A stretch of 64,000 nucleotides of DNA from Longimicrobiales bacterium (lineage in GTDB: Bacteria; Gemmatimonadota; Gemmatimonadetes; Longimicrobiales; Gaopeijiaceae): assembly GCA_963422615.1 (NCBI GenBank), contig OY730414.1:1054001-1118000 (forward strand), read 5' to 3'. Shown here in pieces: positions 10,175-20,870 of the stretch; the first letter of the stretch is position 1; every line of letters starts with the position of its first letter. The notes under the pieces are model-generated. The model was given only the letters and a program-made list of their open reading frames with translations, did not search any database and was not told the origin of the DNA. A program made the translations under genes and the position numbers.

Positions 10175-10711
10175 ATGGGAACATCCCCGAACTCCCGGGC
10201 AGGCGCCGTACGGCTTGGTATTCCTTTGATGATACTCAGCTTTTTGGCCGTAGCAGGATTCTTATACTGGCTCTCGGTTACCGCCGGGCCAACGGAAACG
10301 GAAATGGCAGTCGAAGCAGAGCCCGACGAGGTCCAGGCGACCGAAGTCGCCCTGGGGGACTTTTTTGCCGGGCCGCCCGCCTACATGGGCCAGTATATCG
10401 CCCTGCGAGAGATACCGGTCACCCAGCTGCTCGGATCACAGTCCTTCTGGACCAATCCCCCGGGTTCGCAGGCGCCGTACTTGGTCCATCTTTCCGCCGC
10501 CCTGCTCGCTGATTCGGTTGCCGTGAACGTCGGCGCCCTTGTGGATGTGACCGGAACGGTGTTGCCCATGTCCGAATCCGTGCTGGCCAACTGGGACAGT
10601 GCGGGCGCGTTCCCGGGGGGTGAATCCGACCGTGTCCAGGCTTCTTTTGCCGAAAACTTCATTGAAGTCACGAGAATTGAAGAAGTCGAATCGTCCGAGC
10701 CGTCTTCTTGA
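10175..10711 (+). CDS. Hypothetical membrane-anchored acidic protein
   Basis: AGGAG SD, one N-terminal TM helix (LGIPLMILSFLAVAGFLYWL), acidic beta-rich soluble domain. Confidence 0.75.
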   Translation: MGTSPNSRAGAVRLGIPLMILSFLAVAGFLYWLSVTAGPTETEMAVEAEPDEVQATEVALGDFFAGPPAYMGQYIALREIPVTQLLGSQSFWTNPPGSQAPYLVHLSAALLADSVAVNVGALVDVTGTVLPMSESVLANWDSAGAFPGGESDRVQASFAENFIEVTRIEEVESSEPSS

Positions 10712-10781
10712 AGGGGACGGCCACGCTGCTTTTCCCCGGGGGTAGGGTAGATGAGGGTACGGGCTGGAAGAGGCGGGTGAG

Positions 10782-12215
10782 GTGGGGGAAACACGTTCGG
10801 CGGACGTCCCTGAAACCGGGTTTCCCGGACTCCGGTCCGGGGACGTGGCTTTCGGCGTGGTCGGCCTTGGCTACGTGGGTTTGCCGCTTGCCGTCGAAGC
10901 GGCGAAGAACGGGATCCGCGTTACCGGCTTTGACATAGACTCGGAGGTCGTCGCCGGCGTCAACCGGGGTCGGAGTCATATCCGGGACTTGGGCCACGAG
11001 GAGGTGAAGGAGGCGAGGCGGCGGGGGCTCCTTCGGGCAACGAGCGACATGTCGGGGTTGGGGGAATGCGAAGCGGTTTCCATCTGCGTCCCCACGCCCC
11101 TTTCCAAGATGCTGGACCCGGACATTTCCCATGTTCTCGCGGCTTCCCGGGCCGTGGCAGATGTCCTTGCCGATGGGCAGCTGATCGTGCTGGAGTCGAC
11201 GACGTATCCCGGGACCACTCGGGAGGTCGTGTTGCCCATTCTGGAGAGGAGCGGCTTGAAACCGGGTAGGAACTTCTTCCTTTGCTTCTCCCCCGAACGG
11301 GTGGACCCGGCCAACAAGACGTGGAAGACGGGGAACATTCCGAAGATCATCGGAGGGATCACGCCGGAGTGCACGGCGGCAGGGATCGCATTTTATTCAC
11401 GCCTTGTGGACACGCTGGTTCCGGTCTCCTCCGTGGAAGCCGCGGAACTGACCAAGATTCTGGAGAACGCCTTCCGCGCCGTGAATATCGGACTGGTGAA
11501 CGAGATGGCGGTCATTGCCGACCGGCTGGGATTGGACATCTGGGAGGTCATCGAAGCCGCCTCTACGAAGCCCTTCGGGTTCATGAAGTTCAGCCCGGGT
11601 CCCGGGCTGGGGGGGCACTGCCTTCCGGTAGACCCTCGTTACCTTGCATGGAAGATGCGCACCATGGGGTACCGCGCTCGTTTCATCGAGACGGCATCCG
11701 AAATCAACGCCGCAATGCCGACCTTCGTCGTTGACAAGGTTCGAGAGGCCCTCAACGGGGTCTGCAAACCGGTGAACGGTTCCCGAGTCGTGATCTTGGG
11801 GGTGGCCTACAAGAAGGACGTGGAGGATGTCCGGGAGTCTCCGGCCATGGACGTCCTCAGGCTTTTGGAACGCGACCGGGCCGAAGTGCTCTACCACGAC
11901 CCCTACGTTCCCGAATGGCGGACGAAGGATGGTCGCAGGCTCGAATCCGTTCCCTTGGACGATGATTTGATTGGAGAAGCAGATGCGGTGGTGATCGTGA
12001 CGGACCACTCCTGCTTCGACTACGAAAGGATTTTTCGGATTTCATCCGTTCTCGTTGACGCCAGAAACGTGACGGCTTCGATTCTCGCTTCCGCGCGCAC
12101 CTCCCGTCCTCAACGCTGGATCGTGAAGTGCGGGGATGTCCCCGAGGGAGCGGTCGGCCGCAAGAGATCCGCCGCGTCGCCCGCGAGCGGCCGAACAGAA
12201 CAAGCGGGAACGTGA
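10782..12215 (+). CDS. Nucleotide-sugar dehydrogenase (UDP-GlcNAc 6-dehydrogenase WbpA/WecC-like)
   Basis: GLGYVGLPLA, ICVPTP, LESTTYPGTT, FSPER, GGHCLPVDP, GVAYKKDVEDVRESP. Confidence 0.93.
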   Translation: MGETRSADVPETGFPGLRSGDVAFGVVGLGYVGLPLAVEAAKNGIRVTGFDIDSEVVAGVNRGRSHIRDLGHEEVKEARRRGLLRATSDMSGLGECEAVSICVPTPLSKMLDPDISHVLAASRAVADVLADGQLIVLESTTYPGTTREVVLPILERSGLKPGRNFFLCFSPERVDPANKTWKTGNIPKIIGGITPECTAAGIAFYSRLVDTLVPVSSVEAAELTKILENAFRAVNIGLVNEMAVIADRLGLDIWEVIEAASTKPFGFMKFSPGPGLGGHCLPVDPRYLAWKMRTMGYRARFIETASEINAAMPTFVVDKVREALNGVCKPVNGSRVVILGVAYKKDVEDVRESPAMDVLRLLERDRAEVLYHDPYVPEWRTKDGRRLESVPLDDDLIGEADAVVIVTDHSCFDYERIFRISSVLVDARNVTASILASARTSRPQRWIVKCGDVPEGAVGRKRSAASPASGRTEQAGT

Positions 12216-13534
12216 AGATCTCTGTCGTGGGAACCGGGTACGTCGGCTTGACCACGGGTGCCTGCTTTGCCGAAACGGGTCACGAGGTGATTTGCTTCGA
12301 CATTCTCGAAGAAAAGATCGAAGGATTGAAGAGGGGGCGAATTCCCTTTTTCGAGCCCGGCGTCCAATCGATGGTGCGGCGTAACCTGGCGGAAGGACGG
12401 CTCACGTTCACGACCGACCTGGGACGGACCGTGCGGGATTCGTACGTGGTCTTCATCGCCGTAGGAACGCCCGCGAACGAAAGCGGCTCCGCCGACTTGC
12501 AACACGTTTTGGACGCCGCATCGGAAATCGGGCGGGCCATGGACGGGGAGCGTATCATCGTGACCAAGAGTACGGTCCCCGTAGGTACGTCGGAACTCGT
12601 TCGCCGCGCCGTTGAGCGCGAAACGGAACATCCGTTCCACGTTTGCTCCAACCCCGAATTCCTCAAGGAAGGGTCCGCTGTCAACGACTTCATGAAGCCG
12701 GACCGGGTCGTGCTGGGTGTGAGCGATCCCGGAGTCGCCACGGTGCTCCGGGACCTGTACGCGCCCTTCGTGCGCACAGGCAAGGAAATCCTCGTCATGG
12801 ATCCGGCCTCTGCCGAGATCACCAAGTATGCGGCGAATGCCATGCTTGCGACTCGCCTCAGCCTGATGAACCTGGTTTCCCGACTGTGCGACCAGATGGG
12901 CGCCGATGTGAAGAAGATCCGGCGGGCGATCGGCGCCGACCGGCGGATCGGTCCCTCGTTCCTCTTTCCAGGCGTAGGGTACGGTGGCTCCTGTTTTCCG
13001 AAGGACGTGAAGGCGCTTGCCCGCACAATGAAGGAGAAGAATGTCGACCCCGGCCTCCTTGAAGCCGTCGAAGCCGTCAACGACGGGCAGAAGCGCCTTC
13101 TCCTGGATCGGGTCGTTGAACGGTTCGGGCAGACGCTGAATGGGCGGGTGATTGCCGTCTGGGGCCTGGCCTTCAAACCCAACACCGACGATATGCGCGA
13201 GGCCCCCAGTTTGGTTACGATCCCAGGGCTAGTGGAACGGGGTGCCAAAGTGGTGGCCCATGATCCGGAGGCTCTGGGAGAGGCCCGGCGGATCCTAGGA
13301 GATTCTATCGAATACAGAAACCACGGCTACGACGCTCTCACGGGCGCCGATGCCCTGGTCATTCACACCGAGTGGCTCCAGTACCGCCACCCGAGTTTCC
13401 ACAGGATGCGGAACCTTATGAAGGAGCCTGTGATATTTGATGGGAGGAATCTCTACGATCGGGGAAAGTTGAGCGAAATTGGCTTCGAGTATTTTTCTGT
13501 GGGGCGTCCTGCAATTCCGCCGGCAGGCGGCTAA
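12212..13534 (+). CDS. ugd: UDP-glucose 6-dehydrogenase
   Basis: [51 protein letters not shown] overlap with upstream gene. Confidence 0.95.
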   Translation: MKISVVGTGYVGLTTGACFAETGHEVICFDILEEKIEGLKRGRIPFFEPGVQSMVRRNLAEGRLTFTTDLGRTVRDSYVVFIAVGTPANESGSADLQHVLDAASEIGRAMDGERIIVTKSTVPVGTSELVRRAVERETEHPFHVCSNPEFLKEGSAVNDFMKPDRVVLGVSDPGVATVLRDLYAPFVRTGKEILVMDPASAEITKYAANAMLATRLSLMNLVSRLCDQMGADVKKIRRAIGADRRIGPSFLFPGVGYGGSCFPKDVKALARTMKEKNVDPGLLEAVEAVNDGQKRLLLDRVVERFGQTLNGRVIAVWGLAFKPNTDDMREAPSLVTIPGLVERGAKVVAHDPEALGEARRILGDSIEYRNHGYDALTGADALVIHTEWLQYRHPSFHRMRNLMKEPVIFDGRNLYDRGKLSEIGFEYFSVGRPAIPPAGG

Positions 13535-13548
13535 AGCCGGGATCGGCG

Positions 13549-14574
13549 ATGCGCGTGCTTGTGACGGGGGCTGCCGGATTTCTGGGCTCCCATGTGGTTG
13601 ACCGGTTTCTTGCGGAGCGGTACGAGGTCGTCGGGGTGGACAACTTGATTACGGGTTCCCGCCGGAATCTGGCCCACTTGGAACACGAGCCCGGCTTCGA
13701 CTTCGTCGAGCACGACATCAGCGAGCCCTTCTACTTCGCCTCGAAACTGGATGGCGTCCTGCACTTCGCGTCGCCCGCCAGCCCGCCGGACTACCTTGAT
13801 TTTCCGATTCGGACGCTAAGAGCAGGCGGACTGGGTACGCTCAACACCCTGGGGTTGGCCTGCCGTCACGGGGCGCGTTACCTCCTGGCCTCCACTTCGG
13901 AGGTGTACGGCGTTCCCGCGATTCACCCTCAGCCGGAAACCTATTGGGGGAACGTGAATTCGGTGGGGCCCCGGAGTGTATACGACGAAGCCAAGCGCTA
14001 CGCCGAGGCCCTGACCATGGCGTACCACCGGGCCCGGGCTGTCGACACCCGCATCATCAGGATATTCAACACATATGGCCCCCGCATGCGCCCGGGCGAT
14101 GGGCGGGTCATCTCCAACTTCATCGTTCAGGGCCTCCAGGGAGAGCCGATGACCGTGTACGGAGATGGGCTCCAAACTCGGTCCTTCTGTTACGTGGACG
14201 ACGAGATCGAAGGTATCTTCCGCCTCTTCCAGTCAAGCTACGTCCATCCGGTCAACATTGGAAACCCGGTTGAGTTCCAGATTCGGGAGGTGGCGAGATT
14301 CGCCATGGAAGAGACGGACAGTTCGGCTCCGTTGACGTATCTTCCGTTGCCCATTGACGACCCGAGGATGCGGTGTCCGGACATCGCTGTTGCCCGCCGG
14401 GTGCTGGACTGGGAACCGGCCACTGACCTCCGGCAGGGGATAAGAAAGACGATCCCCTATTTCCGAGCGTTGCTGGAGCGGGAGGGGGCTGTTTCCCGCA
14501 ACATCGACACGAAATGGACAGATGGGGGCCCGCTCTCCGGAGATGCCCGTAGTCCTCACGCGCAGAACCGGTAA
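13549..14574 (+). CDS. UDP-glucuronate decarboxylase (UDP-xylose synthase-like) SDR
   Basis: [53 protein letters not shown]. Confidence 0.93.
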   Translation: MRVLVTGAAGFLGSHVVDRFLAERYEVVGVDNLITGSRRNLAHLEHEPGFDFVEHDISEPFYFASKLDGVLHFASPASPPDYLDFPIRTLRAGGLGTLNTLGLACRHGARYLLASTSEVYGVPAIHPQPETYWGNVNSVGPRSVYDEAKRYAEALTMAYHRARAVDTRIIRIFNTYGPRMRPGDGRVISNFIVQGLQGEPMTVYGDGLQTRSFCYVDDEIEGIFRLFQSSYVHPVNIGNPVEFQIREVARFAMEETDSSAPLTYLPLPIDDPRMRCPDIAVARRVLDWEPATDLRQGIRKTIPYFRALLEREGAVSRNIDTKWTDGGPLSGDARSPHAQNR

Positions 14575-15546
14575 GTGCAAGAGCAACGGACAAGACAACC
14601 GCAAGAGCGGGACGGTGGAAGAGGGGTTCCGGGGTGGCGATCTCCCCTGCTCTCCGTGTTGTTTCCCCTTCTTGTCGGGTGCGGGGCGGAATCGGCGGAG
14701 GAAACCGCCCGTTTGCGGGGTGACCGAGCCTTTGCCCGGGGGGATTACGAGGAAGCCTTGGCCGAATACCGCTTGTCTCTCATCCTGGAAGATCCGGGAG
14801 CGGAGGGGATCGTTCGGGCGGCTCACGCCTATGCGGTTCTCGGAAGGGTGGATGAAGCTCGAGTCTTGTACGAAGAGGCGGCGCGGGGAAACAGCGTGCA
14901 CGCCGACCAAGCCGTCGCCGATTTCGTCGCGATGGCCCGGAGAGCACACGGGAGCGGGGACAGCTACGGGATGGCTTCCGCGCTCGAAGCGGCTCTCGTT
15001 TTCCGGCCTGGACTCGTGATGGAAGCGCTGGCGCTACCCCTTGCCCGCCACTACGGCAACAGCGGGGAGTACGGCAAGGCGCTTCCCCTCTATTTGAGGG
15101 CTCTGGGAACGAACCGGGACGATCCCGACATCGTCTTTGAAACGGCGCTGGCCCACGAAGAGATCGGAGACTGTGAGAGGGCCCTTCTTTTCTTCGAGGA
15201 CTTCCGGGACCTGGTGCCCAGGCGCGAAGTCGAGGTTCGTTGGCACGTGGGTTTATGTTCCTTTCAACTTGCCGGGGAGCGGATCGAGGAGGGTCGCCTG
15301 GACGAGGCCCTCCAGCACCTGGAAACGGTTCTGGCGCTGGAGGAACCGAAAACGCTGCTTCCCCAGGCCTACTTCGGGAAAGCCGAGATTCTGGCGGAAG
15401 TAGGCTACTGCGATGCTGCCGTCGAAGCCTACCGGGTGGTTCCCATCGTCGATCCCTCGGGCTCCGGGCCCCTGGCCCGAAGAGCGCTTGACCGGGTTGA
15501 CGAGATCAGATTTCGAAAGGGGGGACGTGTGGGCGGACCGTGCTGA
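14575..15546 (+). CDS. TPR-repeat lipoprotein
   Basis: Lipobox-like LLVGC then helical repeats (GDYEEALAEY, GEYGKALPLY, GRLDEALQHL). Confidence 0.8.
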   Translation: MQEQRTRQPQERDGGRGVPGWRSPLLSVLFPLLVGCGAESAEETARLRGDRAFARGDYEEALAEYRLSLILEDPGAEGIVRAAHAYAVLGRVDEARVLYEEAARGNSVHADQAVADFVAMARRAHGSGDSYGMASALEAALVFRPGLVMEALALPLARHYGNSGEYGKALPLYLRALGTNRDDPDIVFETALAHEEIGDCERALLFFEDFRDLVPRREVEVRWHVGLCSFQLAGERIEEGRLDEALQHLETVLALEEPKTLLPQAYFGKAEILAEVGYCDAAVEAYRVVPIVDPSGSGPLARRALDRVDEIRFRKGGRVGGPC

Positions 15547-16346
15547 AGCTACGGGCGGTGAAGCGGAAGGAGGTGGGGGCGGTTGCGGGCGCCCTGGCGG
15601 TGCTTTTCGGAACGGCCTGCTCTTCCGCGCCGCCCTTTTCCGGATGGACGGCGGAGCAGTTGTACGCGCACGGACAACGGGCGTTCGAGGAGAGTGAATG
15701 GGATCAGGCCCGCCGGGCCTTCGAGCGGCTTGTCCTCACGTTTCCCGGCTTCGATCAAGTTGTCGAGGCCCGCCACTACCTGGCGCGCTCCTTCTTTGCC
15801 GACGAGGAGTACCTGAGTGCGGTTTCCGAGTTTACCCGCATCGTACAAGTCTATCCGGACCACGAACGGGTCCGGGAAGGCTGGATGGGCCTGTGCCGGT
15901 CGTACGCGGCCATGTCTCCCCACCCCCAGAGGGACCAGCAGTACACGGTGCAGGCCCGTACGACCTGCCAGAATGTGGCGACCGACTTCAGGGGTTCGCC
16001 TGTCGGCGACTCGGCCCAGGAAGTCGCCCTGGAGATGCACGCGAAACTGGCGGCCAAGGCATACGGGGAGGCGTACTTCTACTTTCAGCGGGACATCCTG
16101 GAATCTGCCGAACTCATCCTCCTTAACCTCATCGAGTCCTTCTCCGGGACTGAATCGGCCCCCCGGGCCATGGCCCGGCTCATCGATATTTACCAAGAGT
16201 GGGGGTGGAACGAGCAGCAAGAGGAATTCACCGCCAGGCTGTTGGAAACCTATCCCGAATCTCCCGAGGCCCGCGCCCTGAACCTCCCGGTTCGGGATGA
16301 CTCGGTCGCGACGGCCTGGAGCCGTGCCCCACCGGCTGGTCCTTGA
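15540..16346 (+). CDS. bamD: Outer membrane protein assembly factor BamD
   Basis: Lipobox GTAC, AEQLY..G..AF, FERLVLTFP, RDQQYT, KLAAKAY..A.FY pattern. Confidence 0.85.
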   Translation: MLKLRAVKRKEVGAVAGALAVLFGTACSSAPPFSGWTAEQLYAHGQRAFEESEWDQARRAFERLVLTFPGFDQVVEARHYLARSFFADEEYLSAVSEFTRIVQVYPDHERVREGWMGLCRSYAAMSPHPQRDQQYTVQARTTCQNVATDFRGSPVGDSAQEVALEMHAKLAAKAYGEAYFYFQRDILESAELILLNLIESFSGTESAPRAMARLIDIYQEWGWNEQQEEFTARLLETYPESPEARALNLPVRDDSVATAWSRAPPAGP

Positions 16347-16530
16347 CGCTGGCCGTTGCTGCCGACGGGACCGGAGACGGTCCGTTCGGTCTATGGTTCA
16401 GGCCAGTATCCTATCCTTAATTGATAAAGTGAAACGCACTGCCGCAGCCGGCCGTTCCAGGCCTGGGTGAACGGCAGGGCAGCCACAAGGCGGAACCTAT
16501 CCGGTAAGTGAAGGGGTTCCGAACCGCTGA

Positions 16531-19500
16531 ATGATCAAAAACGTCATCAAGAAGATCGTCGGTTCTCGGCACGGCCGCGAGGTCAGACGCATGGCTCCTC
16601 TGGTCGGGAAGATCAACGAGCACTTTGCCGCGCTCGCGGATCTGTCGGAAGACGCCCTGCGGGCGAAGACCCAGGAGTTCAGAAAGCGCATTGCGGACCA
16701 CACCGAGGCCATCCTCGCGGAGATCGAGTCCGGGCGGGCGCGTAAGCGAACCTCATCGGATCCGGATGACCGGGAGGCCCTCGGCCTGGAGATCAGTAAA
16801 CTCGAAGAGCAGTACAAGGGCGAGTTGGCCGATGCGCTGGAGAAGGTCCTTCCGGAAGCCTTTGCCGTGGTGAAGGAGGCCTGTCGGCGCCTCATGGGGC
16901 GGCAAGTCATGGTCACGGGCTACGAGCTGAAGTGGGATATGGTTCCCTACGACGTCCAGCTCATTGGGGCGATCCAGCTTCACCGAGGGCGGGTCGCCGA
17001 GATGGCCACGGGCGAAGGGAAGACCCTGGTGGCCACCATGCCCCTCTACCTGAATGCCCTGGCAGGGCGCGGCGTCCACCTGGTGACGGTGAATTCCTAC
17101 TTGGCCCAGCGGGACGCGGAGTGGATGGGGGCCATTTACGGCCTTCTAGGCTTGACCGTGGACTGCATCGACCTCTATCCGCCTGGCTCTCCCGAGCGGC
17201 GGGCCGCGTACCACGCAGACATCACCTACGGCACCAACAACGAATTCGGGTTCGACTACCTCCGGGACAACATGGTGCACGCTTTGGAGCAGCGGGTACA
17301 GCGGAGACACCACTACGCGATCATCGACGAGGTCGACTCCATCCTGATCGACGAGGCGCGAACCCCCCTGATCATCTCGGGCCCGGTCAGTCGCGATACC
17401 TCAACGCCCTTCAAGCGAATGGCCCCGGTCGTGGGCAACCTGTTCCGGAAGCAGATGCGTATGGTCAGCGAGCTCATCGCCGCTGCGGAAAGGCGCTTGC
17501 AGTCCGGAGAAGAGGAGTACGCGGCTGGCGAGAGCCTGTTGGCGGCGAAGCGAGGAGGACCCAAGAGCAAGCGCTTGATGAAGTTGTTCGCCGACCAGCC
17601 CGCCCTGGTGAAGCTCGTCGAAAAGGTCGAAGGGGACTACATGCGGGAGAAGCGCCTGCATGAGATCGACGAGATGCTTCTCTTTGCCATGGACGAGAAG
17701 GGCAGCAATGTCCACCTGTCGGACAAGGGGCTGGACGAGCTGTCGCCTGGCGACCCAGACGCTTTCGTTGTTCCCGACCTGTCGGAGATCGTGGGAGGGA
17801 TCCAGGACGAAGAGGACCTCTCTGTCGAACAGAAGCGGGAGAAAATCGCGGAGCTGGAGGGCGAATACGCAGACAAGTCCCAAAAAATCCACGTCATCCA
17901 CCAGCTACTCAAGGCGTACACCCTCTTTCACAAAGACGAGCGCTATATCATCGGGGAAGACGGCTCCGTCGTCATCGTCGATGAATTTACCGGCCGCCAG
18001 ATGCCGGGTCGACGTTGGAGCGACGGACTACACCAGGCGGTGGAGGCCAAGGAGGGGGTGACGATTCGGGGCGAGACCCAGACCCTCGCCACGATCACGA
18101 TCCAGAACTACTTCCGCATGTACGACAAACTCGCGGGAATGACCGGCACGGCGGAAACGGAGGAAACCGAGTTCCACCAGATCTACAACCTGGACGTGTC
18201 CGTCATTCCCACGAACCGTCCCATTGCCCGGGACGACCGCGACGACCTGATCTTCCGTACCAAGCGCGAAAAGTACAGCGCCATCATGGACGAGATCGAG
18301 CGTCTCAATCGTCTCGAGCTCCCGGTGCTGGTCGGAACGACCAACGTGGAGGTGTCGGAGACCCTGTCGCGCATGCTCAAGCGCCGGAGACTCCCCCACA
18401 ACGTCCTCAACGCCAAGCAGCACAAGAGAGAGTCGGAAATTGTGACGGAAGCGGGCCGTCCGGGCGTCGTTACGATTGCCACAAACATGGCGGGGCGGGG
18501 AACCGACATCAAACTCGGGTCCGGCGTGACCGACGCCCGGACCATCGGGTGGGCGAACGAACGAAGCCTGGAGCTGGAGTCGTTGGCGTCCACCGACCCC
18601 ACCCGGTACCAAGATCTGTCGGACAAGCCCGACGACTACGTGATCGAAGAGGGGGGGCTCCACATCCTGGGGTCGGAGCGGCACGAGGCCCGGCGGATCG
18701 ATCGGCAGCTTCGGGGCAGAGCCGGCCGTCAGGGAGATCCTGGCGCGACCCAGTTTTTCCTGTCGCTGGAGGACGACCTGATGCGTCTCTTCGGCGGCAT
18801 GGAGCGGATCGCCAGGGCCATGGAGCGCATGGGCGCAGAAGAGGGTGAGGTCATCATCCACCCTCTGGTCACCCGTTCCATCGGGCGGGCCCAAAAACGG
18901 GTGGAGGGCAACAACTTCGAGGCGCGAAAGCGACTGCTGGATTACGACGACGTCATGAACCAACAGCGGGAGGTCATCTACGACCTCCGGCTCTTTGCCC
19001 TGGAAGGAGGGGAGGACCTGAAGGGCGAAGTATGGGAGATGATTCGCCATACCATGGCGTCGGTCTTCGAAGACCATCTGCCGGTTTCGGATCTGGAAGA
19101 GGGGATTGACACGCGAGGGTTGAGGCAGCGGATGCTCCTGGACCTTCACACGGTTCTTCCGCCTGTGGGGGGGGAGGGGGATCCGGAGGAGGTGGGACGG
19201 GAACAGATACTCGACGCGGCAGAAGCAGCGATCCGTGATTCCTTCGAGCGGAAGATCGAGTCCTTCGGTGAGTACGGGGAGCGGGTGATGAGCTTCGTCA
19301 TGCTCTCGACCATCGACGGCAAGTGGAAGGACCACTTGTACGACCTGGATCACCTGAAGGCTTCGATCGGTTTCCGGGGATGGGGACAAAAGGATCCTCT
19401 CGTCGAATACAAGAAAGAAGCCTACGAGATGTTTGTGGGGCTCATGGACGACATCCGCCGAACGGTAACCCGGCAGTTCTTTCGGGTTCGTCTGGAACAG

Positions 19501-19860
19501 AGGCCCTCCATGCGTCATCCGGTACAGAGCCAGCGGCGGATCTCCTACTCCGGACCATCGGAAACGCCGGGAAGCGTGGGGCAGTCCGGAAGCCAAACAG
19601 GGGTTGCGACAGCTGGGAGGCGGGCTGTCGCGCTTCGCGGGCGCCCCCCCCAAGGGGCTGTCGATTCCATGGGCATGCCGGTGGCAGCCAGGTCGGGAAC
19701 CCCGGGGACCAGCCCGGACGTCGGTCGGCTGTCGACCAATCGGGGTGAAAAAGCGCGCCCGAAAGCGCCGGTCAGGACGTTGAAGCGTCCTCGCCGAAAT
19801 GAACCCTGCCCCTGCGGAAGCGGACGAAAGTACAAGAAGTGTCACGGGTCCGTAGTGTAA
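16531..19860 (+). CDS. secA: Preprotein translocase ATPase SecA (long form)
   Basis: MATGEGKT, DEVDSILIDEARTPLIISG, ATNMAGRGTDI, RRIDRQLRGRAGRQG, C-terminal SEC-C RNEPCPCGSGRKYKKCHG. Confidence 0.99.
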   Translation: MIKNVIKKIVGSRHGREVRRMAPLVGKINEHFAALADLSEDALRAKTQEFRKRIADHTEAILAEIESGRARKRTSSDPDDREALGLEISKLEEQYKGELADALEKVLPEAFAVVKEACRRLMGRQVMVTGYELKWDMVPYDVQLIGAIQLHRGRVAEMATGEGKTLVATMPLYLNALAGRGVHLVTVNSYLAQRDAEWMGAIYGLLGLTVDCIDLYPPGSPERRAAYHADITYGTNNEFGFDYLRDNMVHALEQRVQRRHHYAIIDEVDSILIDEARTPLIISGPVSRDTSTPFKRMAPVVGNLFRKQMRMVSELIAAAERRLQSGEEEYAAGESLLAAKRGGPKSKRLMKLFADQPALVKLVEKVEGDYMREKRLHEIDEMLLFAMDEKGSNVHLSDKGLDELSPGDPDAFVVPDLSEIVGGIQDEEDLSVEQKREKIAELEGEYADKSQKIHVIHQLLKAYTLFHKDERYIIGEDGSVVIVDEFTGRQMPGRRWSDGLHQAVEAKEGVTIRGETQTLATITIQNYFRMYDKLAGMTGTAETEETEFHQIYNLDVSVIPTNRPIARDDRDDLIFRTKREKYSAIMDEIERLNRLELPVLVGTTNVEVSETLSRMLKRRRLPHNVLNAKQHKRESEIVTEAGRPGVVTIATNMAGRGTDIKLGSGVTDARTIGWANERSLELESLASTDPTRYQDLSDKPDDYVIEEGGLHILGSERHEARRIDRQLRGRAGRQGDPGATQFFLSLEDDLMRLFGGMERIARAMERMGAEEGEVIIHPLVTRSIGRAQKRVEGNNFEARKRLLDYDDVMNQQREVIYDLRLFALEGGEDLKGEVWEMIRHTMASVFEDHLPVSDLEEGIDTRGLRQRMLLDLHTVLPPVGGEGDPEEVGREQILDAAEAAIRDSFERKIESFGEYGERVMSFVMLSTIDGKWKDHLYDLDHLKASIGFRGWGQKDPLVEYKKEAYEMFVGLMDDIRRTVTRQFFRVRLEQRPSMRHPVQSQRRISYSGPSETPGSVGQSGSQTGVATAGRRAVALRGRPPQGAVDSMGMPVAARSGTPGTSPDVGRLSTNRGEKARPKAPVRTLKRPRRNEPCPCGSGRKYKKCHGSVV

Positions 19861-20573
19861 CCGGGGCCGCACCGCCTCCGGAGTCCCGGCCGAGAGAGCG
19901 ATTGCACCGGTATGGTCCCGGCCCCCTTTCGGAGCAGGAGCTGTTGGCGCTGGTGATCGGATCGGGCACCGGGTCGGCTCCGGCCGGAGTGCTCGCCGAG
20001 GGGGTGCTTTCTCTCTCCGGGGGGCGGCTAGGGAATCTGGCCCGGCTGGATGTAGGTCGCTTGTTGGCGATTCCGGGGATTGGCCCTGCGGTAGCTGCGA
20101 GGATCATCGCTGCCATCGAGCTGGGCCGGAGGGTGGGGTCCGCCCGGTCCAGCCCCGGGGAGCCCATTGTGGGACCCCGGGATATCCATGCGATCTTCGC
20201 GCCCAGCCTTGCCCACTTGGCTCACGAAGAATTCCATGTCCTTCTCCTCAACTCACGGAACGGACCGATCTGTCAGCGCCAGGTGACCCGGGGCATCCTG
20301 GACGCGTCCCTGATTCATCCACGGGAGGTCTTTCGGGATGCCATCGTGTTTCGGGCGGCCGCGCTCATCCTCGTCCACAACCACCCGTCGGGGAATCCCG
20401 CCCCCTCGGCCGAAGACGTGCAGATCACCCGCCAGCTCTCGAAGGCGGGGGAGCAGCTGGGAATCCCGGTTCTTGATCACATCATCGTGGCGGGTGAACA
20501 GTTCTCTTCTCTGGCGGGGCAGGGGTGCATGGGGGGAGAGGCGGGGTTGGTCAGGATGCCGCGGGCGGCGTGA
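19839..20573 (+). CDS. radC: RadC family JAB-domain protein
   Basis: RPRERL..G...LSEQELLAL, GIGPA, EEF, HPREVF, HNHPSG, SAED, LDHII. Confidence 0.95.
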   Translation: MSRVRSVTGAAPPPESRPRERLHRYGPGPLSEQELLALVIGSGTGSAPAGVLAEGVLSLSGGRLGNLARLDVGRLLAIPGIGPAVAARIIAAIELGRRVGSARSSPGEPIVGPRDIHAIFAPSLAHLAHEEFHVLLLNSRNGPICQRQVTRGILDASLIHPREVFRDAIVFRAAALILVHNHPSGNPAPSAEDVQITRQLSKAGEQLGIPVLDHIIVAGEQFSSLAGQGCMGGEAGLVRMPRAA

Positions 20574-20870
20574 GAGAGGCGAACCTACCTTCTCAAGCGT
20601 CTTTTTCCCGGGTGATCTTTCGTCGTCCGATTCCGTTTCGGGCATAAGCGGCACATTCTTCCAAGGGCGAACGGTGACCCGGGTGGCCGCAGGACTTGGG
20701 GCACAGTGCCGTCACCGCGCTGATGACTCGGGGGCTGGCCGCCTTGGTACGGACTTCCTAGGGAGAGGAAAGACGGATAAGGTAGAGGTCAAATGAATAT
20801 TTCTCTTGTCAACTCTGATTCCGGCGTGGTTCCAGTTACACCCCTACCCCTCCGACCCCCGCCCACACGC

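Noticed and set aside
10738..10763. Canonical G-quadruplex patterns here and at 60840-60868
   Set aside because: Expected by chance at this GC content; no supporting evidence
19167..19174. G8 run (and a C8 run near 19644) inside secA as phase-variation tracts
   Set aside because: Frame is intact, the gene is essential, and the runs are short
18028..19872. Long antisense/overlapping ORFs (also 26011-28029, 50769-53540 and the 5' part of 55711-58935)
   Set aside because: Shadow frames of secA, uvrB, gyrA and uvrA, expected from GC-rich codon bias; no recognisable motifs
19839..20573. radC as a marker of a mobile element
   Set aside because: Full-length chromosomal type with HhH region, host-like GC, no integrase or att sites
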